Source: Escherichia coli
Lineage (GTDB): Bacteria > Pseudomonadota > Gammaproteobacteria > Enterobacterales > Enterobacteriaceae
Length of the DNA: 64,000 bases
NCBI RefSeq assembly: GCF_003334815.1
Contig: NZ_QOWO01000003.1
Direction: 5' to 3' (one strand)
Made by a program: the position numbers and the translations under genes. This document shows positions 1 through 11,172 of the stretch, in pieces. Within the stretch, counting starts at the first letter, position 1, and each line of letters starts with the position of its first letter. The notes beneath the pieces were generated by a model. That model saw nothing but the letters and a program-made list of their open reading frames with translations. It did not search any database and was not told where the DNA came from.

Positions 1-60
1 GCTTCTCCGGTTGAAGCTGCACGTCAGTTCAAACGTTCCATCGCCGAACTGTGGGGCTAA
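1..60 (+). CDS. ulaD: 3-keto-L-gulonate-6-phosphate decarboxylase UlaD, C-terminal fragment (5' end lies outside window)
   Basis: Frame 1 reads ...ASPVEAARQFKRSIAELWG then TAA at 58-60; matches my recollection of the UlaD C-terminus and lies directly upstream of ulaE/ulaF. Confidence 0.7.
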   Translation, partial: ASPVEAARQFKRSIAELWG

Positions 61-69
61 GGAGCGGAT

Positions 70-924
70 ATGTTGTCCAAACAAATCCCGCTTGGCATCT
101 ATGAAAAAGCGCTCCCCGCCGGGGAGTGCTGGCTGGAACGCCTGCAACTGGCAAAAACGTTGGGCTTCGATTTTGTCGAGATGTCGGTAGATGAAACGGA
201 CGAGCGCCTGTCGCGCCTCGACTGGAGCCGCGAGCAGCGTCTGGCGCTGGTGAACGCGATTGTTGAAACCGGCGTGCGCGTGCCGTCCATGTGCCTTTCT
301 GCTCATCGTCGTTTCCCGCTGGGCAGTGAAGATGACGCGGTGCGGGCGCAGGGGCTGGAGATTATGCGTAAAGCTATCCAGTTCGCCCAGGATGTCGGTA
401 TTCGCGTGATCCAACTGGCGGGCTATGACGTTTACTATCAGGAAGCCAATAACGAAACGCGTCGTCGTTTCCGTGACGGCCTGAAAGAGAGCGTTGAGAT
501 GGCAAGCCGCGCGCAGGTGACGCTGGCGATGGAGATCATGGATTACCCATTGATGAACTCCATCAGCAAGGCGCTGGGCTACGCGCACTATCTCAACAAC
601 CCGTGGTTCCAGCTCTACCCGGATATCGGCAACCTCTCGGCGTGGGACAACGACGTGCAGATGGAGTTGCAGGCCGGAATCGGGCATATCGTCGCGGTAC
701 ATGTGAAAGACACCAAACCGGGCGTCTTCAAAAACGTGCCGTTTGGCGAAGGCGTGGTGGATTTCGAACGTTGTTTCGAAACGCTCAAACAGAGTGGCTA
801 TTGCGGGCCGTACCTGATTGAGATGTGGAGCGAAACGGCGGAAGACCCGGCGGCAGAAGTGGCGAAAGCGCGTGATTGGGTGAAAGCGCGCATGGCGAAA
901 GCGGGCATGGTGGAGGCGGCATAA
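70..924 (+). CDS. ulaE: L-ribulose-5-phosphate 3-epimerase (L-xylulose-5-P 3-epimerase)
   Basis: 284-aa ORF ([26 protein letters not shown]...) recognised as UlaE/SgaU; ATG at 70; stop overlaps ulaF start by 1 nt. Confidence 0.95.
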   Translation: MLSKQIPLGIYEKALPAGECWLERLQLAKTLGFDFVEMSVDETDERLSRLDWSREQRLALVNAIVETGVRVPSMCLSAHRRFPLGSEDDAVRAQGLEIMRKAIQFAQDVGIRVIQLAGYDVYYQEANNETRRRFRDGLKESVEMASRAQVTLAMEIMDYPLMNSISKALGYAHYLNNPWFQLYPDIGNLSAWDNDVQMELQAGIGHIVAVHVKDTKPGVFKNVPFGEGVVDFERCFETLKQSGYCGPYLIEMWSETAEDPAAEVAKARDWVKARMAKAGMVEAA

Positions 925-1610
925 TGCAAAAGCTAAAACAGCAGGTATTTGAAGCCAACATGGAGCTGCCGCGCTACGGGCTGGTGACCTTTACCTGGGG
1001 CAACGTCAGCGCTATCGACCGCGAACGCGGGCTGGTGGTGATCAAGCCCAGCGGCGTTGCCTACGAAACCATGAAAGCGGCCGATATGGTGGTGGTTGAT
1101 ATGAGCGGCAAGGTGGTGGAAGGGGAGTATCGCCCATCTTCCGACACCGCGACGCATCTCGAACTCTACCGTCGTTACCCGTCGCTTGGCGGCATTGTCC
1201 ATACCCACTCCACTCATGCCACCGCATGGGCGCAGGCGGGGCTGGCGATCCCGGCGTTAGGCACCACGCACGCTGACTACTTCTTTGGTGATATCCCGTG
1301 CACGCGCGGATTAAGCGAAGAAGAGGTGCAGGGTGAGTACGAACTGAACACTGGCAAAGTGATTATCGAAACGCTGGGCAACGCCGAGCCGCTGCATACG
1401 CCGGGAATTGTGGTGTATCAGCACGGACCGTTCGCCTGGGGGAAAGATGCCCACGACGCGGTGCATAACGCGGTAGTGATGGAAGAAGTGGCGAAAATGG
1501 CGTGGATTGCGCGCAGTATTAATCCACAACTCAATCACATCGACAGCTTCCTGATGAATAAACACTTCATGCGTAAACACGGTCCTAACGCTTATTACGG
1601 GCAGAAGTAG
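924..1610 (+). CDS. ulaF: L-ribulose-5-phosphate 4-epimerase
   Basis: Internal ATG at 924 of the 876..1610 ORF gives a 228-aa protein [30 protein letters not shown]... recognised as UlaF/SgaE (class II aldolase/epimerase); the longer ORF start is an upstream artefact overlapping ulaE. Confidence 0.93.
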   Translation: MQKLKQQVFEANMELPRYGLVTFTWGNVSAIDRERGLVVIKPSGVAYETMKAADMVVVDMSGKVVEGEYRPSSDTATHLELYRRYPSLGGIVHTHSTHATAWAQAGLAIPALGTTHADYFFGDIPCTRGLSEEEVQGEYELNTGKVIIETLGNAEPLHTPGIVVYQHGPFAWGKDAHDAVHNAVVMEEVAKMAWIARSINPQLNHIDSFLMNKHFMRKHGPNAYYGQK

Positions 1611-1673
1611 AACACGCGCTGCGGAAATTTCCTTCCTCGGGAGATAACTGGTCTAATTCCGCAGCCGTTTTTC

Positions 1674-1706
1674 AAAAAAAGCCCCCTGAGAAGGGGGCAA
1701 AGCAAA
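1674..1706 (-). terminator. Rho-independent terminator downstream of yjfY (minus strand); hairpin GCCCCCT-N5-AGGGGGC followed by a U-run on the minus strand
   Basis: Plus strand aaaaaaagccccctgagaagggggc: inverted repeat with a T-tract on the complementary strand. Confidence 0.6.
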
Positions 1707-1738
1707 CTATGGCAATGTTTCTTTGGTTATACCTGGTG

Positions 1739-2014
1739 CTAGCGATAAATATCCGCGCTGGCGTGCATATTGCCGTTACTCCCCGGTTCCCGCATCAGAA
1801 TCACGTGGTAGTACGTTGCGCCCTGCGCATCTGTCTCTTCATTTAATGCCTGACGCGCTTCGCTTTCAGTGGCGAAATTATGATTGATATAAATCACGCC
1901 TAAGCTTTGCACATCGTCCATATTTCTGGCCTGGTGGTTATTAATTTCAATGGCTGCCCATGTATTTGCACTTAGCAAAAGCACAGCCAGAAGGGCTAAA
2001 ACACGGCTGAACAT
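1739..2014 (-). CDS. yjfY: small secreted DUF1471 (YdgH/BhsA/McbA-like) protein YjfY
   Basis: 91-aa ORF with N-terminal signal-like segment MFSRVLALLAVLLLSANTWA; position between ulaF and rpsF as in K-12. Confidence 0.85.
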   Translation of the reverse strand: MFSRVLALLAVLLLSANTWAAIEINNHQARNMDDVQSLGVIYINHNFATESEARQALNEETDAQGATYYHVILMREPGSNGNMHASADIYR

Positions 2015-2323
2015 AGATACCTCCTCGACGGCTGTTTTTGTGTGCTCTCCTCATGTGGTGATGGTCTGATTTAATTTTAATCACGGATGAAAAAGTTGAT
2101 GGCGACCATTTCTGATGCAGTTGTTCAAAAAAACAGCATGATGAAGTGTGATGAACTTCAAATCAGCGGCTTAGTGGTTATTTGCGAAAGGGGAGATTTA
2201 TTTCTGCTCTGCCCTTGAGTTTAGCAAGGTATGTCAGTACTATAACGCGTCATTTTTCAGCCGACCTTTAACACGTTCCTTGCCTCCCCGGGATTCGGCT
2301 GACCCAGACAGGAGGCTGAATAA

Positions 2324-2737
<414 letters not shown>

Positions 2738-2743
2738 TTTCTG

Positions 2744-3290
<547 letters not shown>

Positions 3291-3319
3291 TCGGTCACGG
3301 TCCATTAATACGACTTTGA

Positions 3320-3781
<462 letters not shown>

Positions 3782-3801
3782 TTCGTTATTCAACGAGACG
3801 T

Positions 3802-3836
3802 AAAAACGCCGACCATTGGTCGGCGTTTTGCTTTTG
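3802..3836. terminator. Bidirectional Rho-independent terminator between rplI (+) and the convergent TRAP solute-binding gene (-)
   Basis: aaaaaCGCCGACCattgGGTCGGCGttttgctttt: GC-rich hairpin flanked by an A-tract upstream and a T-tract downstream, so it can terminate in both directions. Confidence 0.75.
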
Positions 3837-3892
3837 TAGCGAGCACTTGCAGATATCGATAAGGGCCACAATAAGCAGCCCTACGAAGATAA

Positions 3893-4864
3893 TTACTTAG
3901 CTGCCTGAATATCAGCCAGCATTGGGGCAAGGGCTGGGTTGTCCTTAGCGAAGTTTGCGTACATTGGCTGTACTTTCTCGATAAACGGAGCTTTATCTAC
4001 CTGGTAGACTTTCACGCCCATTTTATCCAGTTTTGCAAATTCTTGTTTCTCTTCCTCGCTCCACAAGTCTTTCATGTAGCTCATTGATTCTTTAGCTGCT
4101 TTTAATATAACTGCCTGATTTTCCTGGCTAAGTTTATCAAACGCAGCATTGCTCATCAGAACCACATCGGGAACCATAGTGTGTTCGTCAAGGCTGAAGG
4201 ATTTTGCCACTTCACCGTGACGCATGGTAGTCAGCGCCATCACGCTGTTTTCTGCCATATCGACCACACCCTGCTGTAAGGCTGTATACAACTCGCCGTA
4301 ATCCAGTGGCGTCGGGTTACCGCCCATGACTTTGATCATTTCAACTGCGCCAGGGCTTGGCTGGACACGGACTTTCATGCCTTTCAGATCGTCTGGTTTC
4401 AGTACTGGTTTATTGCCATAGAAACTGCGGGCGCCTCCATCATAAAAAGTCAGCCCGAAATAACCTTTGCTTTTCGTTGAGTCGAGGATTTTTCTCCCGA
4501 TATCGCCCTGCATGACCTGATAATAATGATCACGATCGCGGAACAAATAAGGCAGGCTAAATAATTTATAGGAATTTTCAAATGCTTCCATTTCTGCCGC
4601 ATTGGTTTTTACCAGGGGAATAGCGCCAGAACGAATCAGCTCCATTGTTTCTCGTTGAGTACCCAATGTTCCATTTGGATAAATACGAATAGTAATATCA
4701 CCGTTAGAGTACTCTTTGCTCTTTTTCGCAAAGAACTCCATCGCTTTATGAACAGGATGAGACTTATCCTGATTATGACTCAGTTTTAATGTCACTGCCC
4801 AGGACTGGCTTGCGGATAACATAAGAACAGCACCGATAATGCCAGCGGATACTTTTATTTTCAT
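3893..4864 (-). CDS. TRAP transporter periplasmic solute-binding protein, DctP family (substrate unknown)
   Basis: 323-aa ORF with signal peptide (MKIKVSAGIIGAVLMLSASQSWA); length and composition typical of DctP-type receptors; last gene of the 8-gene minus-strand operon, after the DctM and DctQ genes. Confidence 0.8.
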   Translation of the reverse strand: MKIKVSAGIIGAVLMLSASQSWAVTLKLSHNQDKSHPVHKAMEFFAKKSKEYSNGDITIRIYPNGTLGTQRETMELIRSGAIPLVKTNAAEMEAFENSYKLFSLPYLFRDRDHYYQVMQGDIGRKILDSTKSKGYFGLTFYDGGARSFYGNKPVLKPDDLKGMKVRVQPSPGAVEMIKVMGGNPTPLDYGELYTALQQGVVDMAENSVMALTTMRHGEVAKSFSLDEHTMVPDVVLMSNAAFDKLSQENQAVILKAAKESMSYMKDLWSEEEKQEFAKLDKMGVKVYQVDKAPFIEKVQPMYANFAKDNPALAPMLADIQAAK

Positions 4865-4916
4865 AGATGTTCCTTTTCTAATAAATATGGCGGCAGGTGC
4901 CGCCAGTGAATGCGCA

Positions 4917-6218
4917 TCAGTAGCCCAGTGCTCTTGGCAATGCCATACTGATTTGCGGAATATAGGTCACCATTGCCAGCACCAATACCATCACGGCATA
5001 GAATGGCAGCATAGGTTTGATAATTTTATTAATCGGTAATTTAGATACACTACAACCGACAAATAACACACTGCCTACAGGCGGAGTACAAATACCGATA
5101 CACATGTTCAGTACCATGACAATACCAAAGTGAATCGGGTCCATGCCCAGTTCGGTGACAACCGGTAAAAATATCGGCGTAAAAATCAGTACCGCCGGTG
5201 TCATATCCATAAAAGTGCCGATAATCAACAGGATAATATTGATAATAAGCAGGATTATTATTGGGTTGTCAGAAATAGTGTTAAGCAAATCGAGAATCAG
5301 GAAGGGAACGTCAGCGTTTGACATTGCCCATGACATACCCATCGAAGAACCAATTAATAACAAGACAATTGCAGTGGTAATAACGGATTCCAGAAATATT
5401 TTAGGTAAATCTTTAACTGAGATTTCACGATAAAGAACCAGTGCAAGGAAAAGGGTATAAATTACTGCAATTGCGGAGGCCTCTGTCGGGGTAAAAATAC
5501 CACTTAATACACCCCCCATAATTAAAATAATCAGGAAAATACTGGGGATAGCCATCCATATCGCAACGCCAGCCTGGCGTAAAGTCGGGCGTTCTGGCTT
5601 TGGATAACCGCGACGTACCGCGATAATACCGGCTATTACCATCAGTGCCAGACCCAGCAAAATTCCCGGAACATAACCCGCCAGGAACAGTGCGGCAATA
5701 GAAGTACCACCACTGACCAGTGAATAGACGATTAACGTATTACTTGGTGGAATAAGCAAACCCGTCGGGGCAGAGGCAACGTTAACCGCAGTACTGAATG
5801 CCGGGTCGTAACCCTCTTTAACCTGTTGCGGATGCATGACGCCGCCCATCGCAGCCGCCGAAGCCACGGCTGAACCAGAAATTGCCCCGAACAGCATATT
5901 GGCGAGAATATTACAGTGGGCAAGTGAGCCTGGCAGACGACCGCCGAGAATACGGGCAAAGTTGATTAATCGTCGCGCTATTCCTCCATGGTTCATAATG
6001 TTGCCAGACAAGATAAAAAATGGGATTGCCAACAACGTAAAACTATCTAACCCGGAGGCTAACTTTTGGGAAACCACACTCAATGCTGAGTTGAAATCGA
6101 GTTGTGTGGAAATTGATGCCAGTGTCGATAAACCAATGGCATAAACAATAGGTACACCTAATGCCAACATAAAAAAGAAGGCACCAAATAACACAATAAT
6201 CGGTAACCAGTAATCCAT
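4917..6218 (-). CDS. TRAP transporter large permease, DctM family
   Basis: 433-aa highly hydrophobic polytopic ORF of typical DctM size, immediately upstream of the DctP-like gene. Confidence 0.85.
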   Translation of the reverse strand: MDYWLPIIVLFGAFFFMLALGVPIVYAIGLSTLASISTQLDFNSALSVVSQKLASGLDSFTLLAIPFFILSGNIMNHGGIARRLINFARILGGRLPGSLAHCNILANMLFGAISGSAVASAAAMGGVMHPQQVKEGYDPAFSTAVNVASAPTGLLIPPSNTLIVYSLVSGGTSIAALFLAGYVPGILLGLALMVIAGIIAVRRGYPKPERPTLRQAGVAIWMAIPSIFLIILIMGGVLSGIFTPTEASAIAVIYTLFLALVLYREISVKDLPKIFLESVITTAIVLLLIGSSMGMSWAMSNADVPFLILDLLNTISDNPIIILLIINIILLIIGTFMDMTPAVLIFTPIFLPVVTELGMDPIHFGIVMVLNMCIGICTPPVGSVLFVGCSVSKLPINKIIKPMLPFYAVMVLVLAMVTYIPQISMALPRALGY

Positions 6219-6260
6219 AATTTCTCCATTCCTACTATGGTTGGTTGTTGTTTGTTATCT

Positions 6261-6761
6261 TTAGAGTGGTTGTTTAAGTTCGGTTAAAACCATATCTATG
6301 GTGTATATAATAATAAGTACACCACTAATCGGGATGCTCATATAGATATATCCCATTTGCCAGCCTAAAGCGGGCGAGGTCTGACCTGAATCGAATGTAT
6401 CCATCGTTAATAGCCCACCACCATATACCATAATGATGGTTGCGAAGATAATAACGATAATCTGAATACACAAAAATAAATGACGTCGGGCTTTTCCTTT
6501 CAGCATCATAGGTAGCAGGTCAATCGCCAGATGCCGGTTTTGCCCTGCGGTGTATGCCCCACCAAAAAGTCCAAGACAAATAAAGAGCAAACGGCTGAGT
6601 TCATCTGTAAAAATACTGGGACTAGTAAATATAAATCGTGCAGCCACCTGCCACGTCACACATGCCACGATGATCGCCAAAATGGTAATGTTCAATGCTG
6701 CAAGCAGAGCATTAATAGATCTAATTATATTTCGCATAGTGATTAACCTTTGCAATATCAT
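6261..6761 (-). CDS. TRAP transporter small permease, DctQ family
   Basis: 166-aa hydrophobic ORF with about 4 predicted TM segments, located upstream of the DctM gene; its ATG overlaps the stop of the upstream flavoprotein gene (ATGA). Confidence 0.7.
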   Translation of the reverse strand: MILQRLITMRNIIRSINALLAALNITILAIIVACVTWQVAARFIFTSPSIFTDELSRLLFICLGLFGGAYTAGQNRHLAIDLLPMMLKGKARRHLFLCIQIIVIIFATIIMVYGGGLLTMDTFDSGQTSPALGWQMGYIYMSIPISGVLIIIYTIDMVLTELKQPL

Positions 6762-8839
6762 TCATCCTGTGGCTGGTAAATTGTCCCATTAAGAAAACCA
6801 GGCCAGTTTTTTTCAAACCAAATACCTCGGATAATAGGAAACTCACGAACAGGTGTTTCTCTGACGTGAAAGATACCGTTGCAATAATGAATAAGTAGTT
6901 TATCTTTTTTATCCTCAGTACGCTCTGAACGAAAGCGCCAGGCATCACAAAAACCATTTCGTGTTTGCGGAATAGAATTTCCATCCCTGTCGAGAATAAT
7001 ACGTGCTCCCCGACTACCACCACCTGCGTCAATATAATGCGTTAATTGCGTTAATACGGCGGCAGAAGTCAGTGCCATATGCCGCCACATAAACAGCTCG
7101 GCAACTTCACCCACATGTTTGATAGCCAATCCATGCCGTTGGACAAATTCGCTCAATAGCAGGGCATCGCGAGTGGCGCGTCGGACTTTATCGGCATGGC
7201 AAATAAATCCCGCATGGTCAGACATTCGTGCCTGAATTTTTTCTCTCACAACCGACAACGGCATCCCGGTCCCGTTATCGTGCGCCTGAGTAATGATCTC
7301 TCTTATAGAAGCCAGTGTAGGAGCTACCAGCTGTGCTATATCTCCATCAATATTCCGCTTTTGCGTGCAACCAATAAAACGTGCCAGACGAACAGCAAAA
7401 ACCTGCCCGGCATTCAATGCTGCACCACCAGGGCGAGTGACGCCGTGTGTGCCAGCAACTTCCCCCACGGCGAAACAGCCGGGCAGGGAGGTTTGTCCCC
7501 AGATATCCACTTCAATGCCGCCATTCATATGCTGATTATTCATGGCAAACTGCAAAGGCTGTGTGGTGAGATCGTAACCGTGCATCTTATACAGCGAGAT
7601 AGACAGCGGATTCATTCGTTGCAGCCGTTCGATGGGCGATGGTGCCAGAGCGTCGTTATTTTCCAGATACGCGCGAACGTCGTCGTCCAGTCGATCTAAT
7701 GAGAACGGCAGGTCACCCGGCACCGCTTCAGGATTGCGATTGAAATCCATAAATACCTGACGCCCTGATTGCTGCTCTTGCGCTACTGCCATATCTAACA
7801 AGCTGGAGCCAAAATCCATCACCCGAGTGGCGTGGAACGGCCACTGATAGCCTTTACGGAAAATGTTTGAAGCCAGCTCCTGGGTGGTGCGATAGTAATC
7901 CGCGAGGAAGTTATACTCGTTACCCTCAGCATCCACGGAATAGATATACGGGATCACCTGTACATAGGTGCCGGATAAATTCCACGGAAACGTGCTACGC
8001 GGCGTGCCTATACCAAACTGGCTTTCGGTCAGATTGGTTAGCGTCAGGCCTTCCTCCAGCGCCAGCCCCAGCGAGCCAAAACATTTGTGTGGGTACACAC
8101 TGTCGCGATAAAGCTCGCCAGGCCCTCCTGTTGCCAGTACCACATTGGGCGCAGTCACAATTGCCAGCCCCCAAGGGTTATGGGCGCGATGACCGGTCGC
8201 GAGGATTGCCCCCGCAACACGGTCTTCGCCGTTTTCGTCACGCTGATGCAGCAGTTTAATCACTGTTGCACTGGTCAACACTGGAATGGCGAGGCGCTGT
8301 ACTTCTTCCAACAGCACTTTCACCATTAACCTTGAGGTACGCGGCCCACACGAGGTTGCACGCCCGGCTTCGTCATGGTCGGTTTGATAACGAAGAATCG
8401 CGCCATAGCGATCTTCCGGTAATTCCAGACCAAGATATTGCAACCCGCCAAGAGTGTGCAGAGAACCTACCGCTTCGACATAAGCGGTGTCGTGATCCAT
8501 CGCCCCACCGCTCGCCAGTGCCTCTGCCAGTTTGGTGAAGTTGTCGCCGTTGCCCGCGGTAGCGGCGGTAAACAGTGTCTGTTTATCGGAACCAGAACAT
8601 GCCGACGTCCCCATATATAACCCGGCGGTGGCGATCAGCACATTTTGCTGGCGGCGTTTAAGTTCCACAGCTGCACGCAGCCCGGCTGCACCACTGCCGA
8701 CTACCAGGGCATCTGTTTGCCAGAGTGGGTAATCAACACCGTCTACCGTGACAACCCATGCGGGCTCTGCCTGTGCAAAACCCTTTGGGAAAGTAACGTG
8801 CGTCAGCGCATCAAGGATGGTGTCATCAAGCTGACTCAT
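6758..8839 (-). CDS. FAD-dependent oxidoreductase of the fumarate reductase/succinate dehydrogenase/L-aspartate oxidase flavoprotein superfamily (stand-alone; substrate unknown)
   Basis: 693-aa ORF; dinucleotide-binding motif DALVVGSGAAGLRAAVEL after an N-terminal extension of about 40 aa; VLATGGPGELY and HMNGGIEVD...FAVGEVAGTHGVTRPGGAALNAGQVFAV resemble the SdhA/FrdA/NadB FAD and active-site segments; 4-nt ATGA overlaps at both ends. Confidence 0.65.
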   Translation of the reverse strand: MSQLDDTILDALTHVTFPKGFAQAEPAWVVTVDGVDYPLWQTDALVVGSGAAGLRAAVELKRRQQNVLIATAGLYMGTSACSGSDKQTLFTAATAGNGDNFTKLAEALASGGAMDHDTAYVEAVGSLHTLGGLQYLGLELPEDRYGAILRYQTDHDEAGRATSCGPRTSRLMVKVLLEEVQRLAIPVLTSATVIKLLHQRDENGEDRVAGAILATGHRAHNPWGLAIVTAPNVVLATGGPGELYRDSVYPHKCFGSLGLALEEGLTLTNLTESQFGIGTPRSTFPWNLSGTYVQVIPYIYSVDAEGNEYNFLADYYRTTQELASNIFRKGYQWPFHATRVMDFGSSLLDMAVAQEQQSGRQVFMDFNRNPEAVPGDLPFSLDRLDDDVRAYLENNDALAPSPIERLQRMNPLSISLYKMHGYDLTTQPLQFAMNNQHMNGGIEVDIWGQTSLPGCFAVGEVAGTHGVTRPGGAALNAGQVFAVRLARFIGCTQKRNIDGDIAQLVAPTLASIREIITQAHDNGTGMPLSVVREKIQARMSDHAGFICHADKVRRATRDALLLSEFVQRHGLAIKHVGEVAELFMWRHMALTSAAVLTQLTHYIDAGGGSRGARIILDRDGNSIPQTRNGFCDAWRFRSERTEDKKDKLLIHYCNGIFHVRETPVREFPIIRGIWFEKNWPGFLNGTIYQPQDE

Positions 8840-10377
8840 GCATCCTCCATCGGCGTAAACAGGCTACTTTCCATCAGGCGTGGGTGCTTGATAATTGGAC
8901 GGAAAGCCATATACGGCAGAATGTCGCGCTCAATCTCCACACCCGGCGCGATTTCAATTAATTCAACGCCTTCTGCCGTTAACTGGAATACTGCGCGTTC
9001 AGTGATATACAACACTTCCTGACCACTTTGCTGTGCGTAGGCGGCGCTAAAAGTGATTTTTTCCACCTTGGTAACCAGTTTAGGGATTTGACCTGACTGG
9101 GCGATATGCAAGCCATCTGGTGTTATATCGATCTTGCTGCCTTTAGCGTCGAACGTGCCGCAGAACACCACTTTACGGGCATTTTGCGCAATTTCGAGAA
9201 ATCCGCCGGGGCCAATCAGATTGCCATTGAGATGGGAGACGTTGACGTTACCGTACTGATCCATCTCTCCCATGCCGAGGAAGGTGATATCGATCCCTCC
9301 GCCACTGTAGAACTCAAATTGATCGAGTGATGGAATAATGGCATCGGCGTTGCGGGCGCAGCCGAAAAACGCATCATCCAGCATCATGCCGTTATGTACG
9401 CCTTGCTCGACGCTCAGCCATAAACTTTGGTAAGGAACGCCTTCGCGCAGCGCTACTCCTGGAATGCCGCCGGGAATACCAAAGCCAAAGTTGGTTGAAG
9501 CGCCAGCTACCAGTTCGCGTGCTGCCCGACGGGCAATCAGGCGACGTACCGGATGACTAACCAGTTCAATAGCGTCGTTAGAACTCAGACGGCGATGTTG
9601 GCCGCTGATGGTCAGGTCGTAACCGCCAAGATAGGTTTGTGGTTGTTCGCGGTGTTCAACGATGCCATCAACCAGAATGCCCGGTAATTTGACCCGGCGT
9701 GGTTCAATCGCGCCAGCTTCCAGCACATCGCGTACCTGTACGAACACTTTGCCGCCGCTGTTGTGTGCTGCCAGCGCCATGGAATAGCTATCCATATCAA
9801 TCGCTTCTTCTTCAAGGCTGACGTTGCCTCGAGGATCGGCATAAGTGCCACGCAAAATCGCGTAATCCACTTTGAAAGGGCGATAACGAAGTTTGGTTTC
9901 ACCGTCGATTTCAATCAGTTCTACCAGCTCGTCGGTAGTGCATTCATTCGACTTACCGCCGCCATTGCGTGGATCAACAAACGATCCCAGCCCAACGTGG
10001 GTAAAAAGCCCCGGACGTCCGGCGCCGATCTCCCGTAGCAGTGCCTGAATCACGCCACCAGGAAAGCAGTAGGCTTCAATCGTGTTATTTTTTACCAGCG
10101 CCTGCATTTTGGGCGACCAGGTAAAGTGCCCGGCAATAATGCGTTTGAGCATCTCTGCGTGCGCAAAACGATTAGTGCCTTTGCAGTCGCGATCGCCAAT
10201 ACCCAGCGAGTGGATTAGCGTCAGGTCGCGAGGGTGTCCGGTTTGCAGGAAACGCGCTTCAATAGCAGCCAGAATATGGTCGGCTTCCACCATACCGCCG
10301 CCGTTACCGCTAATAGCAATAGTCGCACCGTCCTGAATTTGCGCCGCCAGTGCCTCGGCGGTTGTTATCTTACGCAT
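8836..10377 (-). CDS. family I CoA-transferase, fused alpha/beta subunits (YdiF-like acyl-CoA:carboxylate CoA-transferase)
   Basis: 513-aa ORF with architecture and local similarity to E. coli YdiF as I recall it (N-terminal GNGGG... region; SVEQGVHNG segment at the position of the catalytic-Glu motif; C-terminal YITERAVF...LIEIAPGVE); AAGGAA RBS upstream. Confidence 0.75.
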   Translation of the reverse strand: MRKITTAEALAAQIQDGATIAISGNGGGMVEADHILAAIEARFLQTGHPRDLTLIHSLGIGDRDCKGTNRFAHAEMLKRIIAGHFTWSPKMQALVKNNTIEAYCFPGGVIQALLREIGAGRPGLFTHVGLGSFVDPRNGGGKSNECTTDELVELIEIDGETKLRYRPFKVDYAILRGTYADPRGNVSLEEEAIDMDSYSMALAAHNSGGKVFVQVRDVLEAGAIEPRRVKLPGILVDGIVEHREQPQTYLGGYDLTISGQHRRLSSNDAIELVSHPVRRLIARRAARELVAGASTNFGFGIPGGIPGVALREGVPYQSLWLSVEQGVHNGMMLDDAFFGCARNADAIIPSLDQFEFYSGGGIDITFLGMGEMDQYGNVNVSHLNGNLIGPGGFLEIAQNARKVVFCGTFDAKGSKIDITPDGLHIAQSGQIPKLVTKVEKITFSAAYAQQSGQEVLYITERAVFQLTAEGVELIEIAPGVEIERDILPYMAFRPIIKHPRLMESSLFTPMEDA

Positions 10378-10386
10378 ACAATTTCC

Positions 10387-11169
10387 TTATTGATTATGGA
10401 AGCTCACGCTACTTTTTTCGGCAAAGGCGCGCGTCGCCTGCTGGCAATCCTGAGTGGCAGACATTAATCCGGCCAGTAGCTGGTGCGGGTAATCGGCATG
10501 TTTATTTTCCAGTGCCAGAATCAGTTGCTTAATATGCGCCAGTGCCACCGGGCCGCATTTTTCCAGCTGCGCTAACTGGTTCGCCATCCAGCTTTCCACC
10601 TGTTCTTTTTCTACCACTTCATCAATTAAATTCGCCGCCTGGGCTTCCTGCGCCGTCAGGCGTTTACCCAGCATCAGCATCTGGCGACCGACCACCGGAC
10701 CAACCTGATTAAGCACACGTTCAATGCCCATCCAGCCAGGCACCATGCCGAGCATCACTTCCGGGTTAGAGAATTTCGCGCCGGGGCGGGCAATACGAAT
10801 ATCGCAGCACAAGGCCAGTTCAATACCACCGCCGATGGTATGACCGTTGAGATTCGCAACGGTTAATTGGGGTAAGTTTCGCAGGCGATTAAAAACGTCA
10901 TTACCGCGTTTAATCCATTTTCTGCCCATATCTAATGGCGAATAGGCCGACCACGATTTAATATCGCCGCCCGCACAAAAGAATTTATCGCCGGTTGCCG
11001 TTAATTCGACTAATCGTAATGTGGTGTCGTTTTCAATTTCATTTAAATAATGGTCGAGAGATTCGATCATCTCTTCGTTAATAGCATGACATTTATCTTC
11101 ACGGTTCAATGTCAGGCGGCAGGAAGCCGCCGCTCTGCTGAACAGAACGGGTTGGTCACTCATGATCAT
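10387..11169 (-). CDS. enoyl-CoA hydratase/isomerase (crotonase superfamily)
   Basis: 260-aa ORF; crotonase signature LNGHTIGGGIELALCCD followed by FSNPEVMLGMVPG, with Glu residues at both canonical catalytic positions. Confidence 0.8.
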   Translation of the reverse strand: MIMSDQPVLFSRAAASCRLTLNREDKCHAINEEMIESLDHYLNEIENDTTLRLVELTATGDKFFCAGGDIKSWSAYSPLDMGRKWIKRGNDVFNRLRNLPQLTVANLNGHTIGGGIELALCCDIRIARPGAKFSNPEVMLGMVPGWMGIERVLNQVGPVVGRQMLMLGKRLTAQEAQAANLIDEVVEKEQVESWMANQLAQLEKCGPVALAHIKQLILALENKHADYPHQLLAGLMSATQDCQQATRAFAEKSSVSFHNQ

Positions 11170-11172
11170 TCC

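Noticed and set aside
876-923. N-terminal extensions given by the ORF track for ulaF, fklB, ytfH, msrA, fbp, treC, ridA, pyrL, bdcA, tabA, ytfB, cpdB, the SDR and the TetR gene
   Set aside because: The extended starts are alternative (GTG/TTG) or upstream in-frame codons that lack an RBS or overlap the upstream gene; internal ATG starts matching the known protein N-termini were used instead.
6758-8839. Possibility that the flavoprotein is an adenylylsulfate reductase alpha subunit (AprA-like)
   Set aside because: No AprB-type iron-sulfur partner and no sat or other sulfate-reduction genes nearby; the context is CoA-thioester metabolism, so a generic FrdA/NadB-superfamily call is safer.
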